Assembly: GCA_024276825.1 (NCBI GenBank)
Contig: JAJRWI010000015.1
Coordinates: forward strand, 44,723-108,722
Direction of reading: 5' to 3'
Source: an archaeon
GTDB taxonomy: Archaea; Asgardarchaeota; Thorarchaeia; Thorarchaeales; Thorarchaeaceae
Length of the DNA stretch: 64,000 nucleotides
A model generated the notes under the pieces. It did no database searches, was not told where the DNA came from, and saw nothing but the letters and a program-made list of their open reading frames with translations. A program made the position numbers and the translations under genes. Below are positions 10,674-20,112 of the stretch, in pieces. Positions within the stretch are counted from its first letter, which is position 1. Each line of letters starts with the position of its first letter.

Positions 10674-10895
10674 TCATTCTTCTGCATGGACCGAGATGGC
10701 AAAATCCGGGCATTCTAGCTCGCACAGGCGACAGAGCTTGCATGCATCCAAATCTACAACCTCGGGCAGGAAGAAGCCTCTATTATCAACATGTTCAGAA
10801 ACCTTGAGGACATTCTGAGGACACACATGAATGCAAATGTGGCATCCTTTACAGAGTTTGGCATCTATGATTATCGTTGATGCTTTCCTTGCCAT
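10674..10895 (-). CDS. 2[4Fe-4S] ferredoxin (2-oxoacid oxidoreductase delta-like)
   Basis: CKGCHICIHVCP and CKLCRLCELECP. Confidence 0.93.
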   Translation of the reverse strand: MARKASTIIIDAKLCKGCHICIHVCPQNVLKVSEHVDNRGFFLPEVVDLDACKLCRLCELECPDFAISVHAEE

Positions 10896-11014
10896 TTATT
10901 GTTCCTCATGTCGAGCCTGAGCTATTAGTGATATAACAATTCTCATAGGTCAATTTTTGAGTGATGATTATATATTGCAAGTCAGTATTTGAGATATAAT
11001 AAGGTGATTATTGC

Positions 11015-11731
11015 TTGAGGTCTTTCCTTGTGTTTGCCTGCCCAAAGTGCAAGAACTTTACGAATGCGCCTGTTGGACAGAAGAGAAGACGTTGCAGCTA
11101 TTGTGGTCATATAATTGATATCTCAAGGGCGCAATGTGCTCATTTTGACAGTCCAGAGGCTGCACAACATGCAGTAAAGGAGTTCAATGCCTCCCGGGGC
11201 GGTGACGAGTTTCAGAGGGCAGTAGAGCGCTCAAGAGAAAAGATACGATCATTGGTGCCACGAGAAAGAGTTTCAGGAGCGGGTCTGGTTGAAGAGGGCA
11301 CTCGAACCCTACAGACTGGGAAGAGAAGGGTGTTGTTGAATCTTCTCGAACAGTCAGCCAGTCAGAAACCGTGTTCATTGGATGAGTTTGCAGAGTTGTG
11401 CAGAAGACACAATCTGGACTGGTCATGGGTGGAGGAGCAATTGATCAAGTTGTCCAATCAAGGAGTGATTATATTTCCGAGGCCCTGGTCAATTCGGATT
11501 GTTCAGACTCAGAGTCATTCAAAAGCCAAGAAGTCAGCGTCAGCAGACATCACAGGAGAGGTGCGTCATTTTCTCCATGAACATGGGGGTTCAGCAAAGG
11601 TTAGTGATATCATCAGTCATTTCAGTGACAGAGGGATTGCCGAGTCCTTGGTTGATAAGGCCCTAGACAAGATGATGCGCTCTGGCGAGATATATCAACC
11701 TAGTGCGAGTGAGGTCAAGCTGATAGATTAG
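11015..11731 (+). CDS. Zn-ribbon (DUF1922-like) protein with C-terminal winged-helix domains
   Basis: CPKC...CSYCG; C-terminal wHTH-like LDKMMRSGEIYQP. Confidence 0.7.
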   Translation: MRSFLVFACPKCKNFTNAPVGQKRRRCSYCGHIIDISRAQCAHFDSPEAAQHAVKEFNASRGGDEFQRAVERSREKIRSLVPRERVSGAGLVEEGTRTLQTGKRRVLLNLLEQSASQKPCSLDEFAELCRRHNLDWSWVEEQLIKLSNQGVIIFPRPWSIRIVQTQSHSKAKKSASADITGEVRHFLHEHGGSAKVSDIISHFSDRGIAESLVDKALDKMMRSGEIYQPSASEVKLID

Positions 11732-11759
11732 TTCAATAGGCTTTGAATCATGATAATAG

Positions 11760-12158
11760 ATGAGAATTATGCCCATTGTTGAACTGGTCGCAAAGAAGGC
11801 CCTTGAGAGGAATCCAAGCCTAGGGATTAGTGTGATTGACATGATAGTACTCCTATGGCTCTATACCAATCCATACTCCAGCCATAGGAGACAGATCAGC
11901 AGCATGAAAAATGTTCTAAAGATGACAGAGAGCTTGCAGGGTGCAGCTGGTACTGTAGAGATCACCGATGAGGAGCTGACACAGATTGTCCTCTCAAGTC
12001 TCACAAGATTGAAAGAAATGGGTCTTGTGTATCTTCAGTCAGCAGGCATACATTTCATAAAGGGAACACTCACACAGAAAGGGATAGATCTCATTGAGGA
12101 GTCCATCCAGACACCAGTACTAAGGAGGGTGACCTCAGAGTTTGGTAACAACCCATGA
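11760..12158 (+). CDS. Hypothetical winged-helix protein
   Basis: LTRLKEMGLV...LTQKG wHTH wing motif. Confidence 0.65.
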   Translation: MRIMPIVELVAKKALERNPSLGISVIDMIVLLWLYTNPYSSHRRQISSMKNVLKMTESLQGAAGTVEITDEELTQIVLSSLTRLKEMGLVYLQSAGIHFIKGTLTQKGIDLIEESIQTPVLRRVTSEFGNNP

Positions 12159-12189
12159 GATAGAATTTCTGTTGAAAAGGTATTGAAGC

Positions 12190-12415
12190 GAATGTTTAAA
12201 TGTAAAATGTTTCCGAAAAGCCAAGTCGCTCTCTGATGACGACTGTTTCAGAACAGAAGGAAGCAGTGCAAGCCTCTGGTTCTGCTCGCGAGAACGGCTT
12301 GTAAACGTGTGCCGGAAATGTTCTGAAGTGGTCGATTAGGGCGCCAAAAGGACTGACACCTTACGCATAAGTAGTGCGTAGTAATTGCACAGTCAAAACA
12401 CCTGAGGTGAGGCAA
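12190..12415 (+). promoter_or_regulatory. Promoter and long structured 5' leader of the r-protein operon
   Basis: TTTAAA near 12195-12200; several stems (see findings); GAGGTGA Shine-Dalgarno before ATG 12416. Confidence 0.5.
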
Positions 12416-12880
12416 ATGCCATCATATGGATATTCGATCATAGGCATCGATCCTGACAGAACAGCAGTAGCCAGTGGCAGGAATATGCGATGTTCCCCAA
12501 AGCATAGCAGAGAGATATGTAATACTATCAAGGGAATGATGCTTGACAAGGCAATAGAGCTATTAGAGAGTGTGATCGAGCAAAAAGCTTGGATTCCTTA
12601 TAGACGACATAAGAAGAAGAGGGGTCATCATTCAGGAATGAAGAAGTGGATGGCAGGAGGTCACCCTGTAAAGGCGTCCAAATACATTCTCAAGGTGCTC
12701 AAGAATGCGGAAGCCAATGCTGATGACAAAGGACTTGATATCGATAGACTAAGAGTGTTTCATGCAGCTGCACATAAAGGCAGAACATACAAGGCGTACA
12801 TTGAGAGAGCATTTGGAAGAAGCACTCCATATTTTGAGATTACCACTCATGTTGAAATTGTATTGGAAGAGGTGGGCTAG
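12416..12880 (+). CDS. rpl22: 50S ribosomal protein uL22
   Basis: SPKHSREIC..IKGM, P.KA...LKVLKNAEANA, RAFGR, HVEIVLEE. Confidence 0.97.
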   Translation: MPSYGYSIIGIDPDRTAVASGRNMRCSPKHSREICNTIKGMMLDKAIELLESVIEQKAWIPYRRHKKKRGHHSGMKKWMAGGHPVKASKYILKVLKNAEANADDKGLDIDRLRVFHAAAHKGRTYKAYIERAFGRSTPYFEITTHVEIVLEEVG

Positions 12881-13762
12881 TTGTCTGCTGTTAAATACTT
12901 CATAGATATGAACTCCAGGAAGCTCCGAGTAGATGAGTATCTCGCACGAGAACTCAACTCTGCTGGTTATGGTGGAGTCGACATTCGAAAGATCTCGATG
13001 AAGACAGAAGTGATAATCTATGCTTCTAGACCTGGTGTTGTCATTGGAAGGCGAGGGGCAAAGATCAGGGAGTTGACAGACACTCTTGAAAACGAGTTTG
13101 GCATAGAGAAGCCACAGATTGAAGTCAGTGAGATCGAGTCGCCATGGCTAAATGCTCAGGTAATGGCTTCAAGACTGGCCAGACAGCTTGAGAGGGGTGT
13201 CAGATTCAGAAGGATGGCATATTGGATACTGAGAAGAGTAATGCGTGCAGGAGCAATCGGTTGTGAGATCATTATTAGTGGAAAACTATCAAGCAGAAGA
13301 GCACGTTATCAGAAGTTTAGGCAGGGCACTATTGCCAAGACTGGTGAACCATCCGACCTTTATGTCGACGAGGCTTACGACATTGCCATTTTGAAACCAG
13401 GAGTGATTGGAATTAAAGTCAGGATAATGAAGCCTGATGCGAAACTTCCGGGGATTATAAATGTGAAAGTACCAAAGGTGCGTAAGGCCACCGAACTAAC
13501 TCGTAAACCAGAAGTCATTGAGGAGGTGCCTGAGGGGGCAGAGGCCATTGAGGAGGTGCCTGAGGGAATAGCTGACATTGAAGAGCTTCGTGAGCTTGAG
13601 GAGCTTGATGGCTTAGAACTACTAGATGAAACAGAGGTGGAGCCAGAAGAACCACCCGCAGAAGAGAAGCCTCCAGAAGAGGAGGAGGAGGCCGTGGACA
13701 CATCTTCAGTGGATGATCTGAGCGAGTTGGACGAATTGGATAACCTTGACAAGGAGGAGTAA
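12881..13762 (+). CDS. rps3: 30S ribosomal protein uS3 with acidic C-terminal tail
   Basis: AGYGG, RPGVVIGRRG KH domain, LERG..FRR, GCEIIISGKL. Confidence 0.97.
   Translation: MSAVKYFIDMNSRKLRVDEYLARELNSAGYGGVDIRKISMKTEVIIYASRPGVVIGRRGAKIRELTDTLENEFGIEKPQIEVSEIESPWLNAQVMASRLARQLERGVRFRRMAYWILRRVMRAGAIGCEIIISGKLSSRRARYQKFRQGTIAKTGEPSDLYVDEAYDIAILKPGVIGIKVRIMKPDAKLPGIINVKVPKVRKATELTRKPEVIEEVPEGAEAIEEVPEGIADIEELRELEELDGLELLDETEVEPEEPPAEEKPPEEEEEAVDTSSVDDLSELDELDNLDKEE
13516..13566 (+). repeat. Tandem 21-bp direct repeat (period 30) in the rps3 tail
   Basis: CATTGAGGAGGTGCCTGAGGG at 13516 and 13546, encoding IEEVPEG twice. Confidence 0.9.
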
Positions 13763-13764
13763 TT

Positions 13765-13977
13765 ATGGCTAGACTTACTGCTAAAGACATTCGGAACCTC
13801 ACCCCCACAGAGAGAGAGAAGAAGCTAGAGGAGCTCTATAACGAGCTATCCAGTGTCAGGATTCAATTGGCCACAGGTGGGGGTACTGAGAACCCATACA
13901 AGATTCGTTCAATCAAGAGGGCAATAGCCCGAATCTTAACAATTCAGAGAGAAGAAGAACTGGAGGCTTTGAAGTGA
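13765..13977 (+). CDS. rpl29: 50S ribosomal protein uL29
   Basis: ENPYKIRSIKRAIARILT; operon position. Confidence 0.95.
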   Translation: MARLTAKDIRNLTPTEREKKLEELYNELSSVRIQLATGGGTENPYKIRSIKRAIARILTIQREEELEALK

Positions 13978-14258
13978 ACATTGAACCTATGAGTATTATC
14001 AATGCAGAATTAATAGGTCTTCACACTCATGTGGTTGCTTCCAGTGATCCGGGTCAAGTGTGTAATGAAGGCAAGATAATAGATGAAACACGCGAGATGT
14101 TCTACATAAAACAGGACAGCAGAGTGATCAAAGTTCCAAAGAGTATTGCTGTGTTTGACTTCACTTTACCAGATGGCACAATTGTGAGAGTGAATGGTAA
14201 GATACTGAGGGGACGGCCTGAAGAGAGACTGAAGAAGAGCCTGAGGAGGAGATGGTGA
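13974..14258 (+). CDS. rnp1: RNase P protein subunit Rpp29/Pop4
   Basis: ELIGL...G.IIDET...VPK...F.F...G..L.GRPEERLK; canonical position. Confidence 0.93.
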   Translation: MNIEPMSIINAELIGLHTHVVASSDPGQVCNEGKIIDETREMFYIKQDSRVIKVPKSIAVFDFTLPDGTIVRVNGKILRGRPEERLKKSLRRRW

Positions 14259-14259
14259 G

Positions 14260-14622
14260 ATGGCCAAGGCAGGACAAAAAGTTCGAAACATTGGAATCCC
14301 AAATATTGAACCGCCAGAGAGAACATGTGATGATCCAAACTGTCCATTCCATGGAAGCCTACCTGTAAGAGGTAGAATCATGGAGGGCATTATAACAAGC
14401 GTGAAGATGCACAAGACAATAACGTTTCAGATGGATTATCTGGCACTTATCAAGAAATACATGAGATATGAGAGAAGGCGTTCAAAGAAGCATGCACACC
14501 TTCCACCATGTCTGGATGCCAAACCAGGCGACACTGTGAGAGTTGTTGAGTGTAGACCATTAAGCAAGACCGTATCATGCGTAGTAGTTTCGGTGACACC
14601 TGCAAAGATAGAGGAGGAGTGA
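14260..14622 (+). CDS. rps17: 30S ribosomal protein uS17
   Basis: CDDPNCPFHG.L.VRG, KY.RYERR, ECRPLSKT. Confidence 0.97.
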   Translation: MAKAGQKVRNIGIPNIEPPERTCDDPNCPFHGSLPVRGRIMEGIITSVKMHKTITFQMDYLALIKKYMRYERRRSKKHAHLPPCLDAKPGDTVRVVECRPLSKTVSCVVVSVTPAKIEEE

Positions 14623-14626
14623 AAGA

Positions 14627-15049
14627 ATGTCAAGAAAGGTCGGTCGAGGAATCAGAAAGTTCATTCCTAGAATTGCACGAGGCCTCCCGATTGGAGCAAA
14701 GATCATCTGCGCAGACAACTCAGGAGCTCGTGAGTTGAGGATAATCACTGTTCTTGGCTATAAGGGTAAGCTTAGGAAGCTTGGTAAAGCAGGCATTGGA
14801 GACCGTGTCAATGTGTCTGTGACCAAGGGCAAGCAGGAGATGAGAAAGCAGGTGCTTCAAGCTGTGATTGTTCGTCAGAGGAAGCCCTACAGAAGACCAG
14901 ATGGTACATGGATGCAGTTTGAGGATAATGCTGCCGTGTTGATCAAGCCAGGCGGTGAGCCACAAGGTTCTGAACTCAGAGGTCCCATGGCACGAGAGGT
15001 CACCCTGCGATGGCCAAGAGTGGCTGCCATTGCATCGAAAATTGTGTGA
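14627..15049 (+). CDS. rpl14: 50S ribosomal protein uL14
   Basis: CADNSGA, AVIVRQRK, FEDNAAV. Confidence 0.97.
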   Translation: MSRKVGRGIRKFIPRIARGLPIGAKIICADNSGARELRIITVLGYKGKLRKLGKAGIGDRVNVSVTKGKQEMRKQVLQAVIVRQRKPYRRPDGTWMQFEDNAAVLIKPGGEPQGSELRGPMAREVTLRWPRVAAIASKIV

Positions 15050-15060
15050 GGTTGAGATAG

Positions 15061-15447
15061 ATGACAAAGAAACCGAGTCCAAAGTCCCCACGGAAGCAGC
15101 GAAGGCGGATTTACAAAGCCCCCCTTCATGCTAAGAGAAAGTTCCTCAGATGCAGATTGGATCAGTTCTTGCAGGAAGAGTATGGTCTACGTAATCTTCC
15201 TATAAAGAAGGGAGACCTTGTGAAAGTTATGAGAGGACAGTTTAGAGACACAGAAGGCAAAGTAGTAGGCGTGGACTACAGCAAGGTTCGTGTCTATATT
15301 GACAGTGCGACCACAAACAAGGCCAATGGCACAGAGGTGCAAATACCAATCCATCCTTCCAATCTCATGATTGTCAAATTAGAGCTGGACAATGAGAGAA
15401 AACAACTCATAGAGAGTAAAATGGTCCAGATTGCGGAGAGTGAGTAA
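15061..15447 (+). CDS. rpl24: 50S ribosomal protein uL24
   Basis: PRKQR...APLH, KGD.VKVMRG KOW motif, PIHPSN. Confidence 0.97.
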   Translation: MTKKPSPKSPRKQRRRIYKAPLHAKRKFLRCRLDQFLQEEYGLRNLPIKKGDLVKVMRGQFRDTEGKVVGVDYSKVRVYIDSATTNKANGTEVQIPIHPSNLMIVKLELDNERKQLIESKMVQIAESE

Positions 15448-16203
15448 ATGGCAAGAAGAGGCCAAAAGAAACATCTGAAAAGACTACCAGCACCAAGACA
15501 CTGGCCCATTAAGAGAAAGGCAGGAAAGTTCACAACCAGAGTTATTCCTGGCCCTCATCCAAAGGAGCACTGCTTGACTCTTGCAATCCTCCTTAGAGAG
15601 GTTCTTAGTTATGCTGAGAACATGAGAGAAGTGAAGGCCATATTGAACACTGGCCAAGTCATTGTGGATGGCCGTGTGAGAAAGGAGCCTCGCTATCCAG
15701 TAGGACTTATGGATGTAATAGAGATCAAGAACTCTGGCGACAGATTCAGACTCTTACCAAAGAAGGGTGGTGGTCTCAGACTAGTCAGAATTGATGAGAG
15801 CGAGATCGGATACAAGCTCTGCAGAATTGAGAAGAAGATAATGGTGCCTGGCGGAAAGCTTCAGATGACACTTCACGACGGAAGAAACATTTTGTTGGCT
15901 GATGGTGAGAAGCCATCAGACTATAAGACTTTGGACACATTGAAAATCACTGTTCCAGAGCAGAAACTTGTTTCGAAGATTCCTCTTGAAACAGGTGTAT
16001 ACGCAATCGTCACGCAAGGCCGAAACATCGGAATCGAGGGCAAAGTTGTTGAGATTGAGAGAAGATTTGGTACTCATGCCAGTACTGTGACAATTGAAGA
16101 CCCTAATGGTAATAGATTCCAGACAGCTCTCGAGTATGTATTCGCTGTTGGCAAGGATAAACCCGAAGTAAGTCTTAGTTATGAGGGGGTTGTTAACGAA
16201 TGA
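15448..16203 (+). CDS. rps4e: 30S ribosomal protein eS4
   Basis: HLKRL.AP..W, PGPH, VDGRVR...PVGLMDVI, LHDGRN. Confidence 0.97.
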   Translation: MARRGQKKHLKRLPAPRHWPIKRKAGKFTTRVIPGPHPKEHCLTLAILLREVLSYAENMREVKAILNTGQVIVDGRVRKEPRYPVGLMDVIEIKNSGDRFRLLPKKGGGLRLVRIDESEIGYKLCRIEKKIMVPGGKLQMTLHDGRNILLADGEKPSDYKTLDTLKITVPEQKLVSKIPLETGVYAIVTQGRNIGIEGKVVEIERRFGTHASTVTIEDPNGNRFQTALEYVFAVGKDKPEVSLSYEGVVNE

Positions 16204-16784
16204 GCATTCCAGATGAACAACTTGAGAAGATATTCGTTGATGACTGGGAAGCATTCCCCATGAGAAAGCCACATATTTCGAAGGTCGTTGTCGATATGTG
16301 TACTGGCGGTGGGGAACAGCTTAATCGTGCAGAAACTATACTCGAGATGTTGACAGGACAGAAACCAGTCAGATCAAGGGCAAAGCAAACAGTCAGAGAC
16401 TTTGGAATACGAAGAAAGGAGCCGATTGCAGTACGTGTGACGCTAAGACATGAGAAGGCCATTGATTTCTTGAAAAGAGCACTTGAGGCAAAGGAGAATG
16501 TGCTTCTGCTAAAGAATTGGGATGAAGATGGAAACTTCGCATTTGGAATCGCCGAGCACATTGACATACCTGGTGTCAAATATGACCCGCAACTGGGAAT
16601 TCAGGGAATGAATATCACTGTGTGTGTGGAGCGGCCAGGATATAGAGTGAAACGGAGAAGGAAGCAGCGGACAAAGGTACCATATCGACATCGACTAACT
16701 CCTGAAGAGAGTATGATCTTCATCAGGAAAGAGTTTGGAATTGAAATACTGGAGAAGCCAAGAGAGAGGACCTATCTCTTCTAG
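16200..16784 (+). CDS. rpl5: 50S ribosomal protein uL5
   Basis: LTGQKP...AKQT..DFGIR, VTLR, GNFAFGI.EHID.PG..YDP. Confidence 0.97.
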   Translation: MSIPDEQLEKIFVDDWEAFPMRKPHISKVVVDMCTGGGEQLNRAETILEMLTGQKPVRSRAKQTVRDFGIRRKEPIAVRVTLRHEKAIDFLKRALEAKENVLLLKNWDEDGNFAFGIAEHIDIPGVKYDPQLGIQGMNITVCVERPGYRVKRRRKQRTKVPYRHRLTPEESMIFIRKEFGIEILEKPRERTYLF

Positions 16785-16796
16785 AGGTGAGCACAG

Positions 16797-16970
16797 ATGA
16801 GTACAGCGAAGAAAATGAAGGGAAAGAAGAGCAAGAAGATTGGAAAGGGCAGTAGGACTTGCGTTCGATGCCAAACACATCAGGCAATCATACGCTCATA
16901 TGGACTCAACATGTGCCGCCGATGCTTCAGAGAAACCGCTGAAAAGCTTGGATTCCGTAAGTATAGTTAA
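16797..16970 (+). CDS. rps14: 30S ribosomal protein uS14 (zinc type); absent from the ORF track
   Basis: Hand translation, 57 aa: MSTAKK...[10 protein letters not shown]...[23 protein letters not shown]; GAGGTGA SD. Confidence 0.96.
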   Translation: MSTAKKMKGKKSKKIGKGSRTCVRCQTHQAIIRSYGLNMCRRCFRETAEKLGFRKYS

Positions 16971-16987
16971 GGGAGGTCGTGAAAGAG

Positions 16988-17380
16988 ATGACACTATTAG
17001 ACCCGTTGGCAGATGCGATGTCAAGCATTTACAATAGCGAGCTTGTGGGCAAGCCAGAGGTAATCATTGCCCCAGCATCCAGCTTGATAGAGCGAGTGCT
17101 GCGTGTGATGCAAGCGAATGGCTACATTGGTGAGTTTGAGAAGATTGATGATGGAAAGGCTGGAAGGTTCAGAATCCAGCTCATGGGACGTACAAACAAA
17201 TGCGGAGTCATCAAGCCACGATATCCCGTAAAGCGTGATGGGTTTGAGAAGTTTGAGAAACGGTTTCTGCCAGCATACAACTTTGGAATACTCATCGTGA
17301 CTACTCCTCAGGGAGTGATGACTCACGAAGAGGCCAAAAGGCGTGGAATCGGAGGCAGACTACTAGCCTACGTGTATTGA
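16988..17380 (+). CDS. rps8: 30S ribosomal protein uS8
   Basis: [42 protein letters not shown]. Confidence 0.97.
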   Translation: MTLLDPLADAMSSIYNSELVGKPEVIIAPASSLIERVLRVMQANGYIGEFEKIDDGKAGRFRIQLMGRTNKCGVIKPRYPVKRDGFEKFEKRFLPAYNFGILIVTTPQGVMTHEEAKRRGIGGRLLAYVY

Positions 17381-17387
17381 GGGATCT

Positions 17388-17954
17388 ATGATGTCTGGAG
17401 AATATATCTACGAGCGAAGGATTAAGATACCTGAAGACTGCAAGGTCACGCTGGAAGGAAAGACTATCACAGTGTCAGGGCCCAAGGGCACACTCACACG
17501 TGACTTTCCTGAACCACAGACCACATTGTCAATTCAGAACGATGAAGTTGTGGCTTACACAACCATCAAGAGAAAGCGTGCCCGTGCTCTTGTAGGGACC
17601 ATTATCGCTCATCTCAGAAACATGTTCATCGGAGTTCAACATGGTTATACTTACGAGATGAAAATTGTCTACAGCCACTTCCCCATCACTGTAGAGGTTC
17701 ATGGTAAAGAAATCTACATCAAGAACTTCATTGGCGAGAGAGGGATCAGGAAGACCCGCATAGTGGGGGATGTAGATATCAAGATCACAGAAGATGAAGT
17801 CATCATCAGTGGCATAGACATTGAACATGTCGCACAGACTGCTGCTAACATTCAGCTTGCGACAAAAATCAGGGACAAGGACAGACGTGTGTTCCTTGAT
17901 GGTATCTATGTCATCAGAAAGAGAAAGGGTGAATCTGTCAAGTCCATAGTCTAG
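17388..17954 (+). CDS. rpl6: 50S ribosomal protein uL6
   Basis: V.GPKG.L, YSHFPI, NFIGE, QTAANI, KDRRVFLDGIY. Confidence 0.97.
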   Translation: MMSGEYIYERRIKIPEDCKVTLEGKTITVSGPKGTLTRDFPEPQTTLSIQNDEVVAYTTIKRKRARALVGTIIAHLRNMFIGVQHGYTYEMKIVYSHFPITVEVHGKEIYIKNFIGERGIRKTRIVGDVDIKITEDEVIISGIDIEHVAQTAANIQLATKIRDKDRRVFLDGIYVIRKRKGESVKSIV

Positions 17955-17965
17955 GAGGCCAAGAG

Positions 17966-18889
17966 ATGTCAAAGAAACCAAAGTTGGGAGATATTCCTGG
18001 TATTGGCCCTAAAATTGAGGAGAAACTCAGAGAGGCAGGCATTAAGACCCCTCTTAAGCTCAGTAGGGCAGATCCTGTAAAGTTGGCGGCCAAAGTAAAT
18101 GGTCTGAGTGAGAAGAAGGCTGCAACACTGATTGAGGCTGCTAAGAAGATCATTCAGGCTCAAGAGGCTGACAAACAAGCCAAGGAAGAGAAGCCCAAGA
18201 AGACAGTCAAAAAGGAGAAGCCTAAGAAGAAGGCTCCAAAGGTAGAAGAGCCCAAGGTGGCTCCTAAGAAGAAGACAACCAAGAAAGTTGAAGAGAAACC
18301 AGAGGCTGCTCCAAAGAAGCAGGAAACAAAGCCAGAACCACCTAAGAAGGAAGCCCCCAAGAAAAAGAGGAAGCCTTCTAAAAGGAAGCAGGCTGAGAAG
18401 CCCAAGAAGGTCACAAAGAAGCAAGAGCCCCTTACCAGGGAAACTCTTGTCGATCCAAGATTATGGAGAATTGCATATGAGAAGCGGCGCAGACAGCCCA
18501 AGTTTCATCATGAGCAAGCTCATCGTTGGGTTCGTGTCAAGAGATCATGGAGAAAGGTTAGAGGTATTGACAGTGCCACACGCGAGAAGCGTAAGGGACG
18601 TCCCATAATGGTGAGTGCAGGATACAGAAAGCCCAGAAAGGCAAGGGGAATTCACCCATCAAGGTATATTGAGGTCCTAGTTCACAGGCCCGAAGAACTC
18701 AAGGGTCTGGACCCAGAGCTTCATGCAGTCAGGATTGGAGGTACCGTTGGTAATCGTAAACGACAGGAGATAATCTCCCAAGCTGATGCAATGCTCATTA
18801 GAGTTCTCAATCCAGGAGCTGCAGAAACTGTGGAGGAGGAGGAACTCTTTGCAGATCTAGAGGGTATTGAAGACCTGGAGGTTGACTAG
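17966..18889 (+). CDS. rpl32e: 50S ribosomal protein eL32 with N-terminal HhH domain and Lys-rich linker
   Basis: C-terminal core WRKVRGIDS..R...GYRKP...RGIHPS; N-terminal IPGIGP HhH. Confidence 0.95.
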   Translation: MSKKPKLGDIPGIGPKIEEKLREAGIKTPLKLSRADPVKLAAKVNGLSEKKAATLIEAAKKIIQAQEADKQAKEEKPKKTVKKEKPKKKAPKVEEPKVAPKKKTTKKVEEKPEAAPKKQETKPEPPKKEAPKKKRKPSKRKQAEKPKKVTKKQEPLTRETLVDPRLWRIAYEKRRRQPKFHHEQAHRWVRVKRSWRKVRGIDSATREKRKGRPIMVSAGYRKPRKARGIHPSRYIEVLVHRPEELKGLDPELHAVRIGGTVGNRKRQEIISQADAMLIRVLNPGAAETVEEEELFADLEGIEDLEVD

Positions 18890-18890
18890 A

Positions 18891-19340
18891 ATGAAACTTA
18901 CAACACAGAAGCGTCTGGCAGCACAAGTAATGGGAGTCGGAGTTTCCAGAGTATGGATTGACCCAGAATTTGAAGATGAGGTTTCACTAGCTATTACCAA
19001 AGACGATATCAGACGCCTTATTGACGAGGGAGCAATCCAGGTCAAGCAAAAGACAGGTGTGAGCAGAGGTCGTGCCCGTTTCAAGCAGGCCCAGAAGAGA
19101 AAGGGACAGAGACGTGGCCCAGGCAGAAGAAAGGGCAAATACACTGCGAAAATATCGCGCAAAGAGCGATGGATGATGAAGATTCGGCCGTTAAGGAAGG
19201 AACTCAAGAGGCTCAGAGATGAGGGCCGAATCACAAGGAAAGTCTATCGCATGTTGTATCTCAAAGCAAAAGGCAATGCATTCAGAAACACTGCTCACTT
19301 GAGGACATATATCGCAGAGAACAAGCTGGAGGTGTCCTAG
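18891..19340 (+). CDS. rpl19e: 50S ribosomal protein eL19
   Basis: QKRLAA, RVWIDP, G.SRGR, G.RRGPG.RKG, LYLKAKGN.F. Confidence 0.97.
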   Translation: MKLTTQKRLAAQVMGVGVSRVWIDPEFEDEVSLAITKDDIRRLIDEGAIQVKQKTGVSRGRARFKQAQKRKGQRRGPGRRKGKYTAKISRKERWMMKIRPLRKELKRLRDEGRITRKVYRMLYLKAKGNAFRNTAHLRTYIAENKLEVS

Positions 19341-20099
19341 ATGGCAAAGGGACCAACGTACAGAGTTAAATTCAGACGACGACGAGAAGGCAAGACAAAC
19401 TACTATCGTAGACGAAGGCTGTTGCTATCGAGGAAACCTCGGCTAGTCGTAAGAAAGACAAACACAAGAACAATTGTCCAGATCATAAATGCACAGGTCA
19501 CTGGAGATGTGACCCTGTCTTCAGCTGTTTCATCCGAACTGAAGAACTATGGATGGAATGCAGGTATTGGAAACACTCCTGCGGCATATCTTACTGGACT
19601 ACTGGCAGGTCGGAGAGCAGTGGAGAAAGGGATCTCTGAGGCAGTATTGGACCTTGGACTTCATCCACCTGTAAGAGGCTCAAAGATATATGCTGCTCTC
19701 AAGGGAGCTGTCGATGCTGGACTTGTGGTTCCCCATGATTCAGAGATTCTCCCCAGTGAGGACAGACTCACAGGTAAACACATAGTTTCTGCTTTCGAGT
19801 ATTATCAAGAGAATCAAAATGACACATTTATGTTCTCTAAACTTGGAAAGAAGAAGACAACCATTGCTACCATTCCCAAACAGTTTGAGAAGACTAAGAG
19901 ATCAATTTTGGAACTTCCTAAGGCTGAATTGACAAAACCAAAGAAGAGGACCACAGCAAAAGCCCCGGCAAAGCCCAAGAAAGCAAAGAAAGAGAGGGAA
20001 AAGCCTGCTATAAGGGCACCTCGCGCGGTTCCGAGAAAACCAAAGCCCAAGAAGCTTGTCGCTAGAAGAGGCAAGAAGGGCAGAAAAGGAAAGAAATAG
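19341..20099 (+). CDS. rpl18: 50S ribosomal protein uL18 with basic C-terminal extension
   Basis: [46 protein letters not shown]. Confidence 0.97.
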   Translation: MAKGPTYRVKFRRRREGKTNYYRRRRLLLSRKPRLVVRKTNTRTIVQIINAQVTGDVTLSSAVSSELKNYGWNAGIGNTPAAYLTGLLAGRRAVEKGISEAVLDLGLHPPVRGSKIYAALKGAVDAGLVVPHDSEILPSEDRLTGKHIVSAFEYYQENQNDTFMFSKLGKKKTTIATIPKQFEKTKRSILELPKAELTKPKKRTTAKAPAKPKKAKKEREKPAIRAPRAVPRKPKPKKLVARRGKKGRKGKK

Positions 20100-20112
20100 G
20101 GGATGAACAGAA

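Noticed and set aside
12233-12265. Hammerhead core (CTGATGA), or SRP/RNase P RNA (GAAGGAAGCAG, AACAGAA)
   Set aside because: Hammerhead stems II/III with GAAA cannot be formed; SRP helix 8 pairing and the RNase P GAGGAAAGTCC motif are missing
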